A stretch of 63,431 nt of DNA, filler included, from Rhabdomonas costata (taxonomy: Eukaryota): NCBI GenBank assembly GCA_019059605.1. It is 46 parts of 46 records of this genome, joined end to end, with 100 filler letters (N's around TTAATTAATTAA, not from the genome) between each part and the next. Parts side by side here need not be neighbours in the genome. Positions count along the whole stretch, not along the records: positions 37,299 to 38,579 come from JAHMHO010020804.1; positions 38,680 to 39,960 come from JAHMHO010020805.1; positions 40,061 to 41,340 come from JAHMHO010020806.1; positions 41,441 to 42,720 come from JAHMHO010020807.1; positions 42,821 to 44,101 come from JAHMHO010020808.1; positions 44,202 to 45,481 come from JAHMHO010020809.1; positions 45,582 to 46,862 come from JAHMHO010020810.1; positions 46,963 to 48,244 come from JAHMHO010020811.1; 38 more parts are not named here. One strand, 5' to 3'. Below the pieces are notes generated by a model that was given only the letters and a program-made list of their open reading frames with translations, did not search any database and had not been told where the DNA came from. Shown here piece after piece: positions 37,199 through 50,080 of this stretch (positions within the stretch are counted from its first letter, which is position 1; each line of letters begins with the position of its first letter). Both the position numbers and the translations under genes were made by a program.

Positions 37199-38825
37199 NN
37201 NNNNNNNNNNNNNNNNNNNNNNNNNNNNNNNNNNNNNNNNNNTTAATTAATTAANNNNNNNNNNNNNNNNNNNNNNNNNNNNNNNNNNNNNNNNNNNNTC
37301 CCAAAAGGAACTCTTCCGGAGTAAGTGAACTAAACTTCCGGGTTGCCGTGAAGACAGGCCATAGACGTGGGAACAGCAGTGGGAGCTGATTATCATTCCA
37401 GTTGTTGTCCACTGCAGTCCCTGGTAATGTGCCACAAGAGGTCAAAAGTCCACGGCGAGTTTCAGCGTTCCCTCTGCCGTGAAGCATCAATCAATTGACT
37501 CATCGCGTCTTTTTCCTCCAAAGGATGTGTGGGGGCCGAAATGAACGAGGACCAGCTGGATACGCTGAGGTCCCTCTTCTCGGTATTTACTCCGATGTAC
37601 CCTCCCCACTGCTCTTGGCAATCGCTCAACTTCAAGCAGCCTGCGGTAGGGTCAGAGAAATGGTGTTGTCTCTTGCAGGAAAGGAGAGAAGGAAAAGAAA
37701 AGGGATGTCCGAGCGGGTTAAAATACGTAAAATACGTAAAATAGAATGTAAAATTGTAAAAGGCGGAAAAATTCGCGGGAAGCAACAGCCCTAACGCACT
37801 ACAATCCAGACTTTCTGGGCAGATAATACCAACCAAACAAACAATTAGACGACTTCAGCCTCATCCAAGCAGCCTTCATCTAACATCATCGGGAAACTGG
37901 TAAAGCTCCGTGAGACCCTTCAGCTGGCTTCTCCCCTGGGGGAATACGCGGTTAATAAACGCAATACGGAGAATTCACACGTACTACACACACTCGCACC
38001 TCGGCGACCCGAGAAGGAATAATTCTGAAGGATAACAGAACTGATTTCACCGCACGGACATCTTTCAAATGATGATGATGATTTTGACTCGATTATCCTT
38101 CAATGCTGCAAACACGCGCAGAGGCAGCTCCAGAAGTGTGGCGAAGCAGCGGCAAGTCACAGCGCACAAAGTGCACAAACACAAGTGGGCGAGGGTAAGA
38201 GGCAAAATAAACGAAGGGAAATGAAAAGTACTTCCACACAGAACGGTAAAACCTAAAATGAACTTTGAAAACCCGGGCGCACCAGACCAAAAAGCTGATC
38301 AGAGACGGCCAAAATCAGTTTACGGCGTCTTGTGAAATGTAACACGCCCAAGGACAAGGGCAAACGATAGTACCGGTGAAAGCGGACAGGAATAAAAAGT
38401 GTCGGTGGTCAAAAGCACAGATCCACGCTAACCAGCAAAAACTCACACAGCCGCAAAGGAAAGAAAAGTGCCTTCCGTGTCAGGGCAGGACCCGTCGAAG
38501 ACAGCTACCTCCCACCTCCCTCAAAGGAAGGAAAAGACCTTGAAAAATGGCGCGAGAACAACGCGACCTCCACACAACCNNNNNNNNNNNNNNNNNNNNN
38601 NNNNNNNNNNNNNNNNNNNNNNNTTAATTAATTAANNNNNNNNNNNNNNNNNNNNNNNNNNNNNNNNNNNNNNNNNNNNGGTGTTTTGTAAATTTTCGTG
38701 CGCGAAAATACTCATCGCTTAAATTGGATTGCTATTTTCCTATCTCTCACACTCATATGGGCCCTCTGGCACAAGGCATTGATCGTTCACCACAATACCG
38801 TGTCACCTTCACCATCTCTGTTCAG

Positions 38826-38912
38826 GTTGGGACGGACGATATTGAGGAGAAGATTCTCGCCCTGGAGGACCTTGTGCAGTCCATGGACATCGTGGTGTTC
38901 AACAAAGTCTGA
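38826..38912 (+). CDS. EEF1B: Elongation factor 1-beta, terminal exon
   Basis: CAG|VGTDDIEEKILALEDLVQSMDIVVFNKV* is the conserved EF1B C-terminus. Confidence 0.92.
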   Translation, partial: VGTDDIEEKILALEDLVQSMDIVVFNKV

Positions 38913-41137
38913 GGCCACGGGTGGCTTCCCCTTCCCCGAATGAATCTCCCTGTCTGCTTGTTCGTGAAAAAGACACATTCTGTTCACTGAAGTGCTGGGC
39001 AGTGTGGTGTTAGAGCTTTTCTCATTAGTCTTACCTCGCCGAGGTGCCGATATTGAGGAGGGAAAGGGGTGGCATGGATTAGATTGATGAGGCGCAATGC
39101 CGGGACCACTGGCAAAAAAAGGCATGATAATGGGAACCTGGTGCGGTTGAGGAAGGGCAGAAAAAATGCGCTAGTATGGTTTCCTAAGGACTTCCACCCA
39201 GCAGAAGAGCAATTATTGCTCATCCCCCACCCCAGCCCTGAGGAGTTGCCACGGAAGCGGGGATCGAGCCCGCCTGGAAATTGTACTAGCAATGTGTGCA
39301 GTGTGTCGCACCCCATTCCTAGACTAAGCCAGTCAGTCCGTCAGGGATTTTTGATTTTGAGTTTTGGGGGCAGAGAGGGCTGAAAGATGAAAGGCCGAAA
39401 GTAGTGACTTAAAAGTGTGGATGAGAAGAAAAAAATCGTCATCACCATTACTAAGCTCGCACTGCTTGGGTGCGAACAAGCCTACCGCATGGAGATCGCC
39501 ACAGGCGCATTGTGAGCCGTAAGGCTATTTTTATGCTTTGGGTTTGCTGTTCCGCTGGCGCCTTCCAGCTGCGTTGCGCCGGATTTTTCGGCCCTTCTGT
39601 AAAAGCCGATTTTCTCGCCATCTGTGATTTTGTTTCTTTGTGTCGTGGTCGGTTTTCCAGCGTGGTTGTGGCCCTGCGGGGAGAATCATGACGGCACTCC
39701 CGCGCGGCGGCCGCGGCCGCGACCACGAAATCAAAGAAGGGCGAAGCCGAAGAACCGCGAAAAGCAGCTAAAGGCCGAAGAAGCCTGTGATAAAGAGAAG
39801 CCGTTGCGGCCCCGGGGCGTGGCGTTTTTTGGGTTTTCTTTTGTTCGCTTTCCTGGTACAGGTATGAGCAAGGACTGTGGACGGACACAGTGCTGGTATA
39901 GGGCAGAAGGGCAAACGGCCCAGGAAAGCGAACAAAAGAAAACCCAAAAAACACCACACCNNNNNNNNNNNNNNNNNNNNNNNNNNNNNNNNNNNNNNNN
40001 NNNNTTAATTAATTAANNNNNNNNNNNNNNNNNNNNNNNNNNNNNNNNNNNNNNNNNNNNGGTTGTGGGTAAGTCCCAAATCCTCTCTGGTTCCCTCTCC
40101 ACGGCTCCAATGGCTTGGAAAGGAGCTCTGTTGCCATTGGTTGCCCTACCCGCGTTGCTCAGGCGCTTCTCCATCTTTGGTTTCTCCGTTGTACTCGCTT
40201 TTCACCCCGCTCTCTTCAACGTTTGAGCAGTGGCCCTCCAGTGTATATGCACCCTTGCTTGGGAAATGCTTGGACGATAAATGCAACGCAAATTGTGGGG
40301 TTCACCAGGCAGGTATGAGCGAACAGTGAGGGTTGGGCATGTAGAGAGCAGTGCCATGTTAAGTTCGGGGCGACCGTGGGCACGTGCTGTCCCTGACAGA
40401 GCAAAAATTCCAGCTGCACGGGTAAAATTTTAAATTTAATAAAAAGTTGCATGCACGCGGAGATATCCATTTCTTTTTAAATGAACAGAAACGCAATGAA
40501 GTAGTCCAGCTGCATTGCAAAAGGAAAGGAAACTGTAGAACACGTCAGCGACTTTAGCACCAGGAAAATGTGTGTTAATGTTTTCTTTGGAACCATCTCG
40601 AAAGGAAAAAAACGAATCAAAGTACAGTGGTTAAATTCAAGGAATAGCTTCAAAGACAATTATTTGTGAATTTTGAATGCGCAATTTCACGTGTTTTTCT
40701 TCAATTTGGAATCGTGTTGATATCGTGTAGATATTGAGACTGAAGATGCTTGACAAGTGGAAAGTTACACAACCTCAAAACTTCCGCATTTCATAGGGAC
40801 AAGGACAAGAAGCCGGTTCTCAGGAGAACAGCGCGCACTCGATCCCCATCCCTTGCGGCTCAGCCCTGCAGAGATACTACCAAAAAAAAATACCAGAAAA
40901 CTACCGAGCGACAAAGTCAAAGCGAGCTTGTAAATCCCGCCCTGCCCCACAGTCCCGATAGCCCCCATTTTTGCATCTGTTGTCAAAATTCGTACTCCCA
41001 CCACCACCACCGGCAGTGTGTCGAGCCGCATGTGCACACCAATTTTTTGAATTCGAAAATGCAAATCTCTGGTCGCAGGCGGCACCCTTCAGCCACGCCC
41101 AGTGCAGGGACTCTCGGAAGGAGGGGGTCACAAACAC

Positions 41138-41287
41138 CTCTGCACACAGAGGCGGTGCAGATCCCCGTGGAGCAGTCCGTGCTGGCCAAACAGCTCTTCC
41201 CGACGGTGCATGCCGGGCAGCTCCCTCCGCAGTCGACGTCAGTCTCGGCCCCGTTCTTGATTCCGTCGGTGCAAGAGGCAGCGGGGG
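41138..41287 (-). CDS. Cys-rich extracellular module exon (CxDGxxNGxETDVDCGG type)
   Basis: SCTDGIKNGAETDVDCGGSCPACTVGKSCLASTDCSTGICTASVCR; 150-nt phase 1-1 exon. Confidence 0.85.
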
Positions 41288-41601
41288 CTATCGAGTTGGA
41301 AGAAAAAACAACAAACAAGGGAACTCACCACCCCAAAAAANNNNNNNNNNNNNNNNNNNNNNNNNNNNNNNNNNNNNNNNNNNNTTAATTAATTAANNNN
41401 NNNNNNNNNNNNNNNNNNNNNNNNNNNNNNNNNNNNNNNNGGGTTGTGTTGATCGGGCATTGTATATTGTTCCCCTTGAGTAGGATCCTTTCAAAATCTT
41501 TTGAATTCAACTGACGATGATTCAAGGAACCACTTCAATGTCTCCAGCAATGACCATAGGCTGCCCAGTATCACATCAATTCACAATACAAGCAGACACA
41601 C

Positions 41602-42370
41602 GGCTGCGGATTCCTCCGCCGCGAAGGTGACGTAGGCAATGCCCTTGGGTCGGCCTGTGGCGCGGTCCACAGGGCAATACACGTCGGTGACCTGCCCGTA
41701 GTCCCCAAAGTGGTTCCTCAGCTCTTCCTCCGTGCAGGCGTGGGGAAGCCCCGCAACAAAGATGCGGTGGGCATCCACTGGTCCTGAGCCTGAGAGGTGC
41801 CCACCCCTGCAAGCGTTCTCCAGTGACTTCAAACATACTATTGATGACCGCTTAGGGGATACTTGGAACCCATCACGTGGAGGTCTGCTACAACAGCTCG
41901 GAAGAAACGAAGCCAGGGTTGGTGTATTGGCATACCTGTCGTGGCTGTCCGGCGGACACCAGGCTGTCATTCGGGCCGAAGCGCGTCGAGTTACCACCAG
42001 AAAAAAGGAAGCTACACAAGGACCAGGAATGCAAAACCAAAAACTATTCGGCGGCTGGGAGGCCCAATTCACAGATCCCTCATCCTTAGCGCTTTATTTA
42101 TTTAGCCTTTAACCTGGTAACTGGTAACAGGTGCCCCACTCAACCTCACTAGCGTAATCAAATACGGTTGCCATTCAGTAATGTGGGGCAGTGGTAAGGC
42201 GGTTTGACCTGAGGGCACAGTCGGTGGTGCACTGTATGCGGTCCGTGCCGGTCCGGTTGGCGGGAACTGTGGTGGGGCAGCAGTGCAGTGGAGGTGGGGC
42301 GGCTGACAGCGGGGAGGACGTCCCCAATCGGGTAGCCTGCGATCACTCGCGGGCTGTTCGCAATCGCGTT
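41602..42370 (-). CDS. Multi-RRM RNA-binding protein (main exon 41602-41806; upstream exon ~42210-42370)
   Basis: RIFVAGL (RNP2) and KGIAYVTF (RNP1). Confidence 0.88.
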
Positions 42371-42919
42371 CTGTGCAGTACAGTCAGCCAGCACAACCAA
42401 CACACTGTCATCTCACTGCACCCCATCATACTGCCGGTAAACAAGTCTGAGATGCAGAGCTCGTGGAGGACCAACTTCCGAGCGATCGGTTTCCGTTAAC
42501 AAAGGAGTGCGGATAATAAGAGACTCTGAACTACTGACTATGAAAAATTGCTAGCTGCAGGATCCTGCTCGTCGGAAAGCAGATGAGTCAAGACATGCAC
42601 AAAATGCGCATACAACTTCCTCCTGTCCTCTGACATTTCGTAAAGAGTTCTCCCAGGAAAAGAAATAAAAGCAACGTGTCCTTATGCAACAGAGACTCTT
42701 TTGCATTTTCACAACACCCCNNNNNNNNNNNNNNNNNNNNNNNNNNNNNNNNNNNNNNNNNNNNTTAATTAATTAANNNNNNNNNNNNNNNNNNNNNNNN
42801 NNNNNNNNNNNNNNNNNNNNGGTGTGTGGTTTGTTAGGGGAGCAGCCATGTCGGATAGATCAGTTCGATTGCCCGCTGGTTTTTTTCCAGAGATTTTGTC
42901 GGGAGGGGGGTTTTAAGAA

Positions 42920-43807
42920 ATGGAGTCCACCAGTGGCCCTCAAGAGAGTTTGGACCCGGAGAACTGGGACGAGTTTCGTGCGCTGGCCCACCGGATGGTG
43001 GATGACTCCCTGACCTATCTGCAAACCCTGCGCCAGCGCCCCGTGTGGCGGCCCATCCCTCCGGAGCTCCTGCCCCGCTTCCAGGAGCCCGCGCCCCGCT
43101 CCCCAAGCGGAGTGGAGGTCTGGCCTCTCACTCACCCACTATGCTCCCCCTTTTAACACTTCTGCCCTCACAGAAGTGCAGTCTCCTTCTTTTTTCAGCC
43201 TGCTATCACTACTACTTTTTTCGGCGTGCCGCTACCATGGTTGGAGTCAGTTGAAGGACGCACGGTGAACATCACCGGCCACTTTGTGAAATGGAACGAA
43301 ATCCGCATGCCTGTGCTAAGGAAAAGTGGGTCATAAACGTACTTGTCGAAATCGCACTCCATTCGAGGTTTCTCCAAGAGTGGAGTGTTATTTGCGTGGT
43401 TGTTATCGTAAGGAGAGGGGAGGGGCTTCGTTTGAAGAGCCCTCTGCTTGTTCTGCGTGTTCGCAGCAGACGCTCACCTGGTGCTTGCCGGGGTTACCGG
43501 GGTTTACACCGGGCTGTCTTTGCTGTGACTGCCCTCCTGAGCAGACCTCATGTCTGATGCTTTTTGTTATGGGTTTTGGTGGCTGAACCGGCTGTGTTGC
43601 CCCCCCCCTTTGGTATGGATTCAGGCGGCATATCAGGACTTCCTGACCACCGTTGTGCCCTACAGCATGGGCACCCCTCACCCCCGGTTCTGGGCGTGGT
43701 TCCTGGGCTCCGGCACCCCAACCGGCGCTCTGGCCGACTTCCTTGCCTCCGCCCTGAACGGCAACCTGGGCGGGGGGCAGCACATGGCGAACCACGTGGA
43801 GGACCAG
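42920..43807 (+). CDS. Group II PLP-dependent (aromatic amino acid-type) decarboxylase, exons 42920-43117 and 43625-43807
   Basis: LDPENWDEFRALAHRMVDD...RPVWRPIP and VVPYSMGTPHPRFWAWFLGSGTPTGALADFLASALNGN; phase-0 GT-AG join. Confidence 0.9.
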
Positions 43808-46800
43808 GTCAAGCGCGTTCTGCTCTCTTTTTAGGGTAGCAAGGTACTAAGCAGTAATGTTGAACTCCTTCATCCCTGCTCCGCTTGCAGAACCTTGGGA
43901 GGTGTACTGTTCGGACTCGGGACCGTGAGAGACCCAAGGCGGTTCTTAACCGCTCGACTCTCCCAGACTAACCAGCATATCCACCCCTGGGGACGTGTAC
44001 TCCGCCAACCTAACCAGCGGAGACTCCCCCCAGGTCAGGGCAGGCGTTGGGAGAATGGTCATCCTAGGGCGTTACCCCCACCACCAAACTCACCCAACTC
44101 ANNNNNNNNNNNNNNNNNNNNNNNNNNNNNNNNNNNNNNNNNNNNTTAATTAATTAANNNNNNNNNNNNNNNNNNNNNNNNNNNNNNNNNNNNNNNNNNN
44201 NGTGTGGGGGGCATAGCGAGAAAGGAAGGGGACTTTTTCCCAAGCCACAGACACGTCCATACACACACTTCGGCACGGAAACAAAGAAACGATTCAGAAA
44301 AGCCAGTCAACAGGGGCATACACTCAGCGAATGATGGCCGGAACGTAACGTGTCACCGGCAAAGGGAGTGCAAGCAACATGAAGGGTATTGAATAGAAAG
44401 GAGAGGGGAAGGCGACAAAAGAGCCAAGGAAGGGGTTACTCCCTTCCGGCCAAGGACCGACCTTCCCTTCTACCACAGGCAGCTACGGCGAGTGGACAAG
44501 GAGGTATGCCTTCCACAGAACTGCCCGTGCCCAGAGAGGCGCACTTGCAGAAGTGGAGTTTGTGGAAAGATGGAGAAAGTGCGGGAGACTGAGGGGCGGC
44601 CCGGCATCGTCCAAGAGGTCACCCTCTTGTGGTATACCTGGCCAAGACTATTGCAGTGCACAGCGGGTGGGGTGATGGCGGAAAAGGACGACACGGGTAC
44701 AATGGCTCCAACACGTAGGGCACACGGAAGACGTCTGTCTGAAAATCAAACGCGTCAAGGTCTCAGGGATATCCTCCAGTACACCCCAACGTTCAGGTGT
44801 ATATGAGTTTGGGTGAAGACAGGGATTCATTTGAAGTGCTGGAGTGACCTGTAAAACTGTGTGGAACTCGTGATTCTCAAGCAGGATCGGAGCCCTTTTG
44901 TTGTCCCGTTACGGCGTCCGACGATGACAACAGGGTGGCAAGTAATTCAACAAACAAACGAGATGCATGCGAAAAGGGGGCTCACCAACCACCTTCGTGT
45001 GCACCTCACTAATCACCCATCGAATACCCTACAACAGGAGAAGCCAACAAACTCACCAAAAGAACAGAAAAAAATGGGCGCAGAGAGGAGAGTGGTTGAC
45101 ACGTTGGTTTCTGTGGGGCGCCCCTGAAATGGAAGACCACAGAGCGGAAGCCCATGCGTGCGTGTGTCCGCGTCCGCCAAGCCGGGTAGCCTACAATAAG
45201 ATTCTGCTGCAAGTTCTCGAACGAAAGCAGCCTCCGGCCCAGACGGACGGTGTGGTGTGCTGTGGTGACCTCATCGCTCTAAAGGAAAGACAGGGGGTCA
45301 TAGGGGTTAGGGGTTGGGCGTGGGTGTGGCCAAAAGGTCAGAGAGTGTGACACTGTGACTTGACGTGATGGACAAAACCACAATATTAATACACACAATA
45401 ATATATAGTGAGCGAAGAAGGCTTTGCCTCCCACAAGAGTGGAGAGGCAGAGGCTCAGGCGATCATCTCACACCCCAAAACNNNNNNNNNNNNNNNNNNN
45501 NNNNNNNNNNNNNNNNNNNNNNNNNTTAATTAATTAANNNNNNNNNNNNNNNNNNNNNNNNNNNNNNNNNNNNNNNNNNNNTTTGTTGCGCGCTTGTGTA
45601 GACATCAAGTCTGTTCATAATGTCTGTTATCTGTGTTTGAATTCACATTTTAAAATCAATTAAATTTTTTCATTCAAATTTTAAATAGGTGTTGGTGTAA
45701 GTGCGTGCGCCTAAAACAATGTTTTAATTGAAGTTCATCTGCTGTTTTCACTATCAAACTTTTTAAAACATACACGATTAAACACATGTGTAATACGGTT
45801 TTGACACATTACAGTAAGGCTTACAAAGCGCGGTGGCTTTTACTGATAACTATTGATGTTTCACTTCATTCTCAGTTTTCAACTGTGCTGAATTTTCCGA
45901 TACATTCTAACACTTACATGGAGGTATTGTGCTACAACACTCCACCGTGCTTGTAATTGTGCCTTTGGATTGTGTTCTGCTACTATAGCTAATGTATCTT
46001 CTTTTGCTTCTTTTGGTTGAACATAGGTGCAATGGTTTGATTTAGAATCTTGTATTATCATGGCGCTTTTTTAGCTCAGTGTAGGTACCAAGTAAGAGTA
46101 ATGTTTGTCATGTGCGAATACTGATAATGAATGAAACTTTCACCACAAAAAACGTTTGTAACAAAAATTCTCGTGCAGTTGGAAGTACATGTTGCCGTAT
46201 TGTTGACTACCTAGAGTCAATTTGGATCTGCATACCTCTTGCTACCACTTTGCTTCTCACTCCCAATCCGCAAACTCACATCCGGGTCTCTATTGGTGCA
46301 CAAAGAAACCGCATTTGACCGAGCACACCAAAACATTTAATTGGCAAATAAATTCGGAGCACTTATTTATGCACAAAGCCATAAACACTCCATCATCAGC
46401 CGCCCAGTCGCATGTTTTCCTTCTTTGACGTAGAGGCAGTTGTAACTCTCTGGTATTGCAAAAATATGACAAAACTGTTGGCACCATGTACAATGCATAC
46501 TTCCTATAAATTCAACTTTCATGTCGAAGTAATAGTTCCACGCAGACAATGTATATTCAATTGAACACTTTTATATCAATGCAAATGAAACAATGTATTT
46601 GAATTAGCAAACGTAGCAAACGTATTCACTAATTCACTGAATAACTGAAATTAAAGTGTTTCCACTGATTAAAGTTGATATTTTACAGACTTGTGCATGG
46701 TTACTACAAGTAGAAGCATTCTTATTTCCGCTTTTCTGTTCTTGGAAGAGTTTTGACAATTAAAAAATTACTGCTGAAAAGTAGTTGCTCATAATCACTG

Positions 46801-48359
46801 TAAATGCACAGAAGAACAACCTCAAGTAGAAAAAATAGATTCTGCAACGGCACAAAACCACCNNNNNNNNNNNNNNNNNNNNNNNNNNNNNNNNNNNNNN
46901 NNNNNNTTAATTAATTAANNNNNNNNNNNNNNNNNNNNNNNNNNNNNNNNNNNNNNNNNNNNTGTGGGTGTGTTTGGGGGGGGGGTTCAAAGAGGCTGCC
47001 GGAGGACGAACGCGTACTCACAACGGAAATGGAAAAAAGAAGCTCCTGCCTGCCTGTCACGCCAACTCTCCTTGCAGCGACACAACCCCGTCGCGGTGGC
47101 AAGCAACAGAAGGCGCTCTTGTGGACCCCCCCAAAGGAAACTCCTTGTGAGAGGGGGGTCCTCCTTCACCCCACCCATTGTCTTTTCTTGAAATTCAAAG
47201 TTCATGATTTGCACAAGGAGGGGAGAGGATTCCGGAGAACAGGCTGCTTCTTTTTTTGTTTTTCTTGGCCTTTTTTTCTGCAGAGTTGATCGAAGACCCT
47301 ACCAAGCACTCGCACCTCTTTTTCCAGTTCAGATGCGCGCTTCGTAGCGTCGGCTTCGTAGCTCCTGAGTGGCCGGAAGGTTGAGGAGGATCCAATATTT
47401 ATTCAAATGCAAGTCTCCCAAGGCCTAAAGTCTGCAAAGAAACCAAATTTCTAACACTTGGGAACTTAAGAGGAAGGCAAGCTTTGTTTTCTGTCCCGAG
47501 CAGGGGCAAATGGGAGGCAAGGGCTTGAGAGGGTCTAACCGAGAGGCGCAGTCACGCTTTTCTGAAGGCTCCCTTTTCTGCTGTTTTTGTTCCGTTTCGG
47601 CTGCGGACACAGTCTGCGAATTTCGTGTGCAGCAGCACAATTTGGGTATCCCTCTCGCTACCCAACGGGTCACGAGAGCTGACAACGGTTGAGAATGGGA
47701 GGGGCAAAGCATATGGTGCATGGGACGGGGGTTGGAAGGAAAGAGGCTATGCCAAGAAAAGCTCAAAGATTAGAAGACCCCCGCGGGATCCACGACTGCC
47801 CGATTGCCCCCAGTGATCGGACCTGCGCAGAAAAGCAAGTCAGAAGTCCCAGCCACCCCACACCACAAAGGGGAAAGAGAACGCTGCACACATTTTGCAC
47901 ATGCTCAAAAAGAAACCGAACATTTTGTCCAAAATCTCATGAGGTCACCCACTTCCAATCTCTTCCAGTTCCATTAGTTCCATTGTCATCATGACAGGCT
48001 AAATCGACATCCACATCGACACACACACACACACACACACACACCACAACCTCAAAAGCTAACAGAATTGGTTTGAACTCGCAATAGAGGAGAGTAAGAA
48101 AAACTGATGCCATTGAACTGGACAGCTAAGAAATTCTGCCTGCCCTCGATCTGCCCCCAGAAGTTGGTCTCACTAAACTCACTCTGCATGCATTGCGTGT
48201 ACTGGGCGGCGGACGCCGCATATAAAACCGCGAAAAAAAACCACNNNNNNNNNNNNNNNNNNNNNNNNNNNNNNNNNNNNNNNNNNNNTTAATTAATTAA
48301 NNNNNNNNNNNNNNNNNNNNNNNNNNNNNNNNNNNNNNNNNNNNGTGGGTTGGTGTCAG

Positions 48360-49245
48360 ATGGATGAGCACTATGCACCGAGTTCATGCCGGGTTACTTC
48401 CCCGACGGGGTGGGTCAGGTCAGGTCCGGGCTGTCGGGCTTTCCTGTGAAGCCTTACTCGTGCTGCGTTTGTGCTGAATTACGACGCCTTGTTATACCCG
48501 AACGCCGGCCTTACACTGTGTTACATGGGTTGCTGGCCGCAGCAAAGCTTTTGCAAAGAGGCAAAATGGGGAGCACCTGTTTTTGGTTTTGCATCACCTG
48601 GAAGCGGCACAAATGGATCAAAATATGCACTGGATAAGTAGTCCAATCCATTGTTACACGGCGTGTTACAATACAGGACGTTTTGTATTGTGGTACCTTT
48701 CCTCGGAATTTCTGGTGTATTACAGGCTGACATCGGTGAATATGCCCGTATGCCCGGGAAGGGTGATGCACAGTTCCCAGGAGATGCTACGCACAAGGGA
48801 GGGACAATGGGGAAGGCCAGCGCTGGGGTGCGGTCGGAGCGGGCGGCTGAGGCGGGAACATTTTCTGGGGGAAGTGGGGGTAGTTTTCTTGATCATGAAT
48901 TCTCACCGCCATTTCAACGTCTACAGTGGTACCGGAATGGCGTTCAAATTTACAAGCGGCGGTTTTAATATGGTTTTGTTTGTGGGGTACCTCTGTGCAG
49001 TCATTTCAGATGGCGGCGTGATGCATAGCATCGTGATCGATCATTCCTTTGCTCCGTTTGGTGCGTGCGGCGCGAGGTTATCCAATTGAGAACACAGAAA
49101 ACTCTGAAAGGTGACCAGCCAACGTTTCGATCCTGCTCTTCGACCGCTTCGTGAAACATGGAACGCCGCTGTAGCCCACCGTGAACGTGCATTTCTGGAT
49201 TGCGGTCCGAGGAAGATTGATCATCTGACGATTCACGGGACACTG
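48360..49245 (+). CDS. Putative three-exon hypothetical protein with an in-frame TGA at 48365-48367
   Basis: Exons 48360-48418, 48726-~48827 and 49111-~49245 join in phase 0 in the GC3-rich frame G*ALCTEFMPGYFPDGVGQ|ADIGEYARMPGKG...|VTSQRFDPALRPLRETWN. Confidence 0.45.
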
Positions 49246-50080
49246 GCAATGTTCTCTTCTCCTTTTTTTTTTCGCCTTGGTCCGCGGGAGGTGCGAAGAA
49301 ACCCTGTCGCGGATGCATGGTTGCTCCCAAAAGGTCTCAGAAGCCCCCCACCCTAAGAAAAAACGGCTTGAACGTTTTTTATGGACGCGAATTGACGCGT
49401 TACCACATTGTACCACATTTCGCTTTCAAGTTGGTCTTGGAATGGGGGAATGCTGTTTGGGCCATCCCGTGTCATCCACATCTGTCAGAGAGGGTGTTCG
49501 AAGGGAGTTGAAGTCTGCACTTCGACGGAACCTTTGATGGGGAAAAAGTACTCCGGCTATCCAACCCCCCCCCCCCCATTCCAAGACCAACTTGAAAGCG
49601 AAATGTGGTACAATGTGGTAACGCGNNNNNNNNNNNNNNNNNNNNNNNNNNNNNNNNNNNNNNNNNNNNTTAATTAATTAANNNNNNNNNNNNNNNNNNN
49701 NNNNNNNNNNNNNNNNNNNNNNNNNGGGGTGGGGTGTGAATGACCTGACAAGGTCCAATTTGAAAGTCCTCAATGCTCCGTCGTTTCGGTTGGAATCGGG
49801 CTTTCCCTTTCCACCTTCCTATCCCACGTGTTGCTGTCCTTTTCACACGTTTGGGTTCAGTTTGCAGGCCTGCTATATACTGCAAAAACTTCAGTGCCGT
49901 GTATCATTCTGCGTTCTTTCTGGCCATTTCATGCTAAAATCCTATTGCGACCGCGTTGTCTGCGCTTCGCTTTGGGGGACGACACATTAGGGGGCCGCCA
50001 CCTGAATTGTGGTTTGCTAGCAAATAAGCTCGTCCCATCTTCGTTTCGTTGTGAAAAGTCTCTCTCTGCCCTTCGAACAG

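Noticed and set aside
39816-39960. 41-bp inverted repeat
   Set aside because: Ends at the contig end and both mismatches are those forced by a G/T-only primer: amplification artefact.
45582-46862. Second AT-richer contig as viral or TnpB/Fanzor-like
   Set aside because: No long ORF and no RuvC or zinc-finger motifs; looks like non-coding or decayed DNA.
48816-48821. Additional GC donor (AAG|GCCAGC)
   Set aside because: An in-phase GT donor lies 12 nt downstream, and there is no homology to decide between them.
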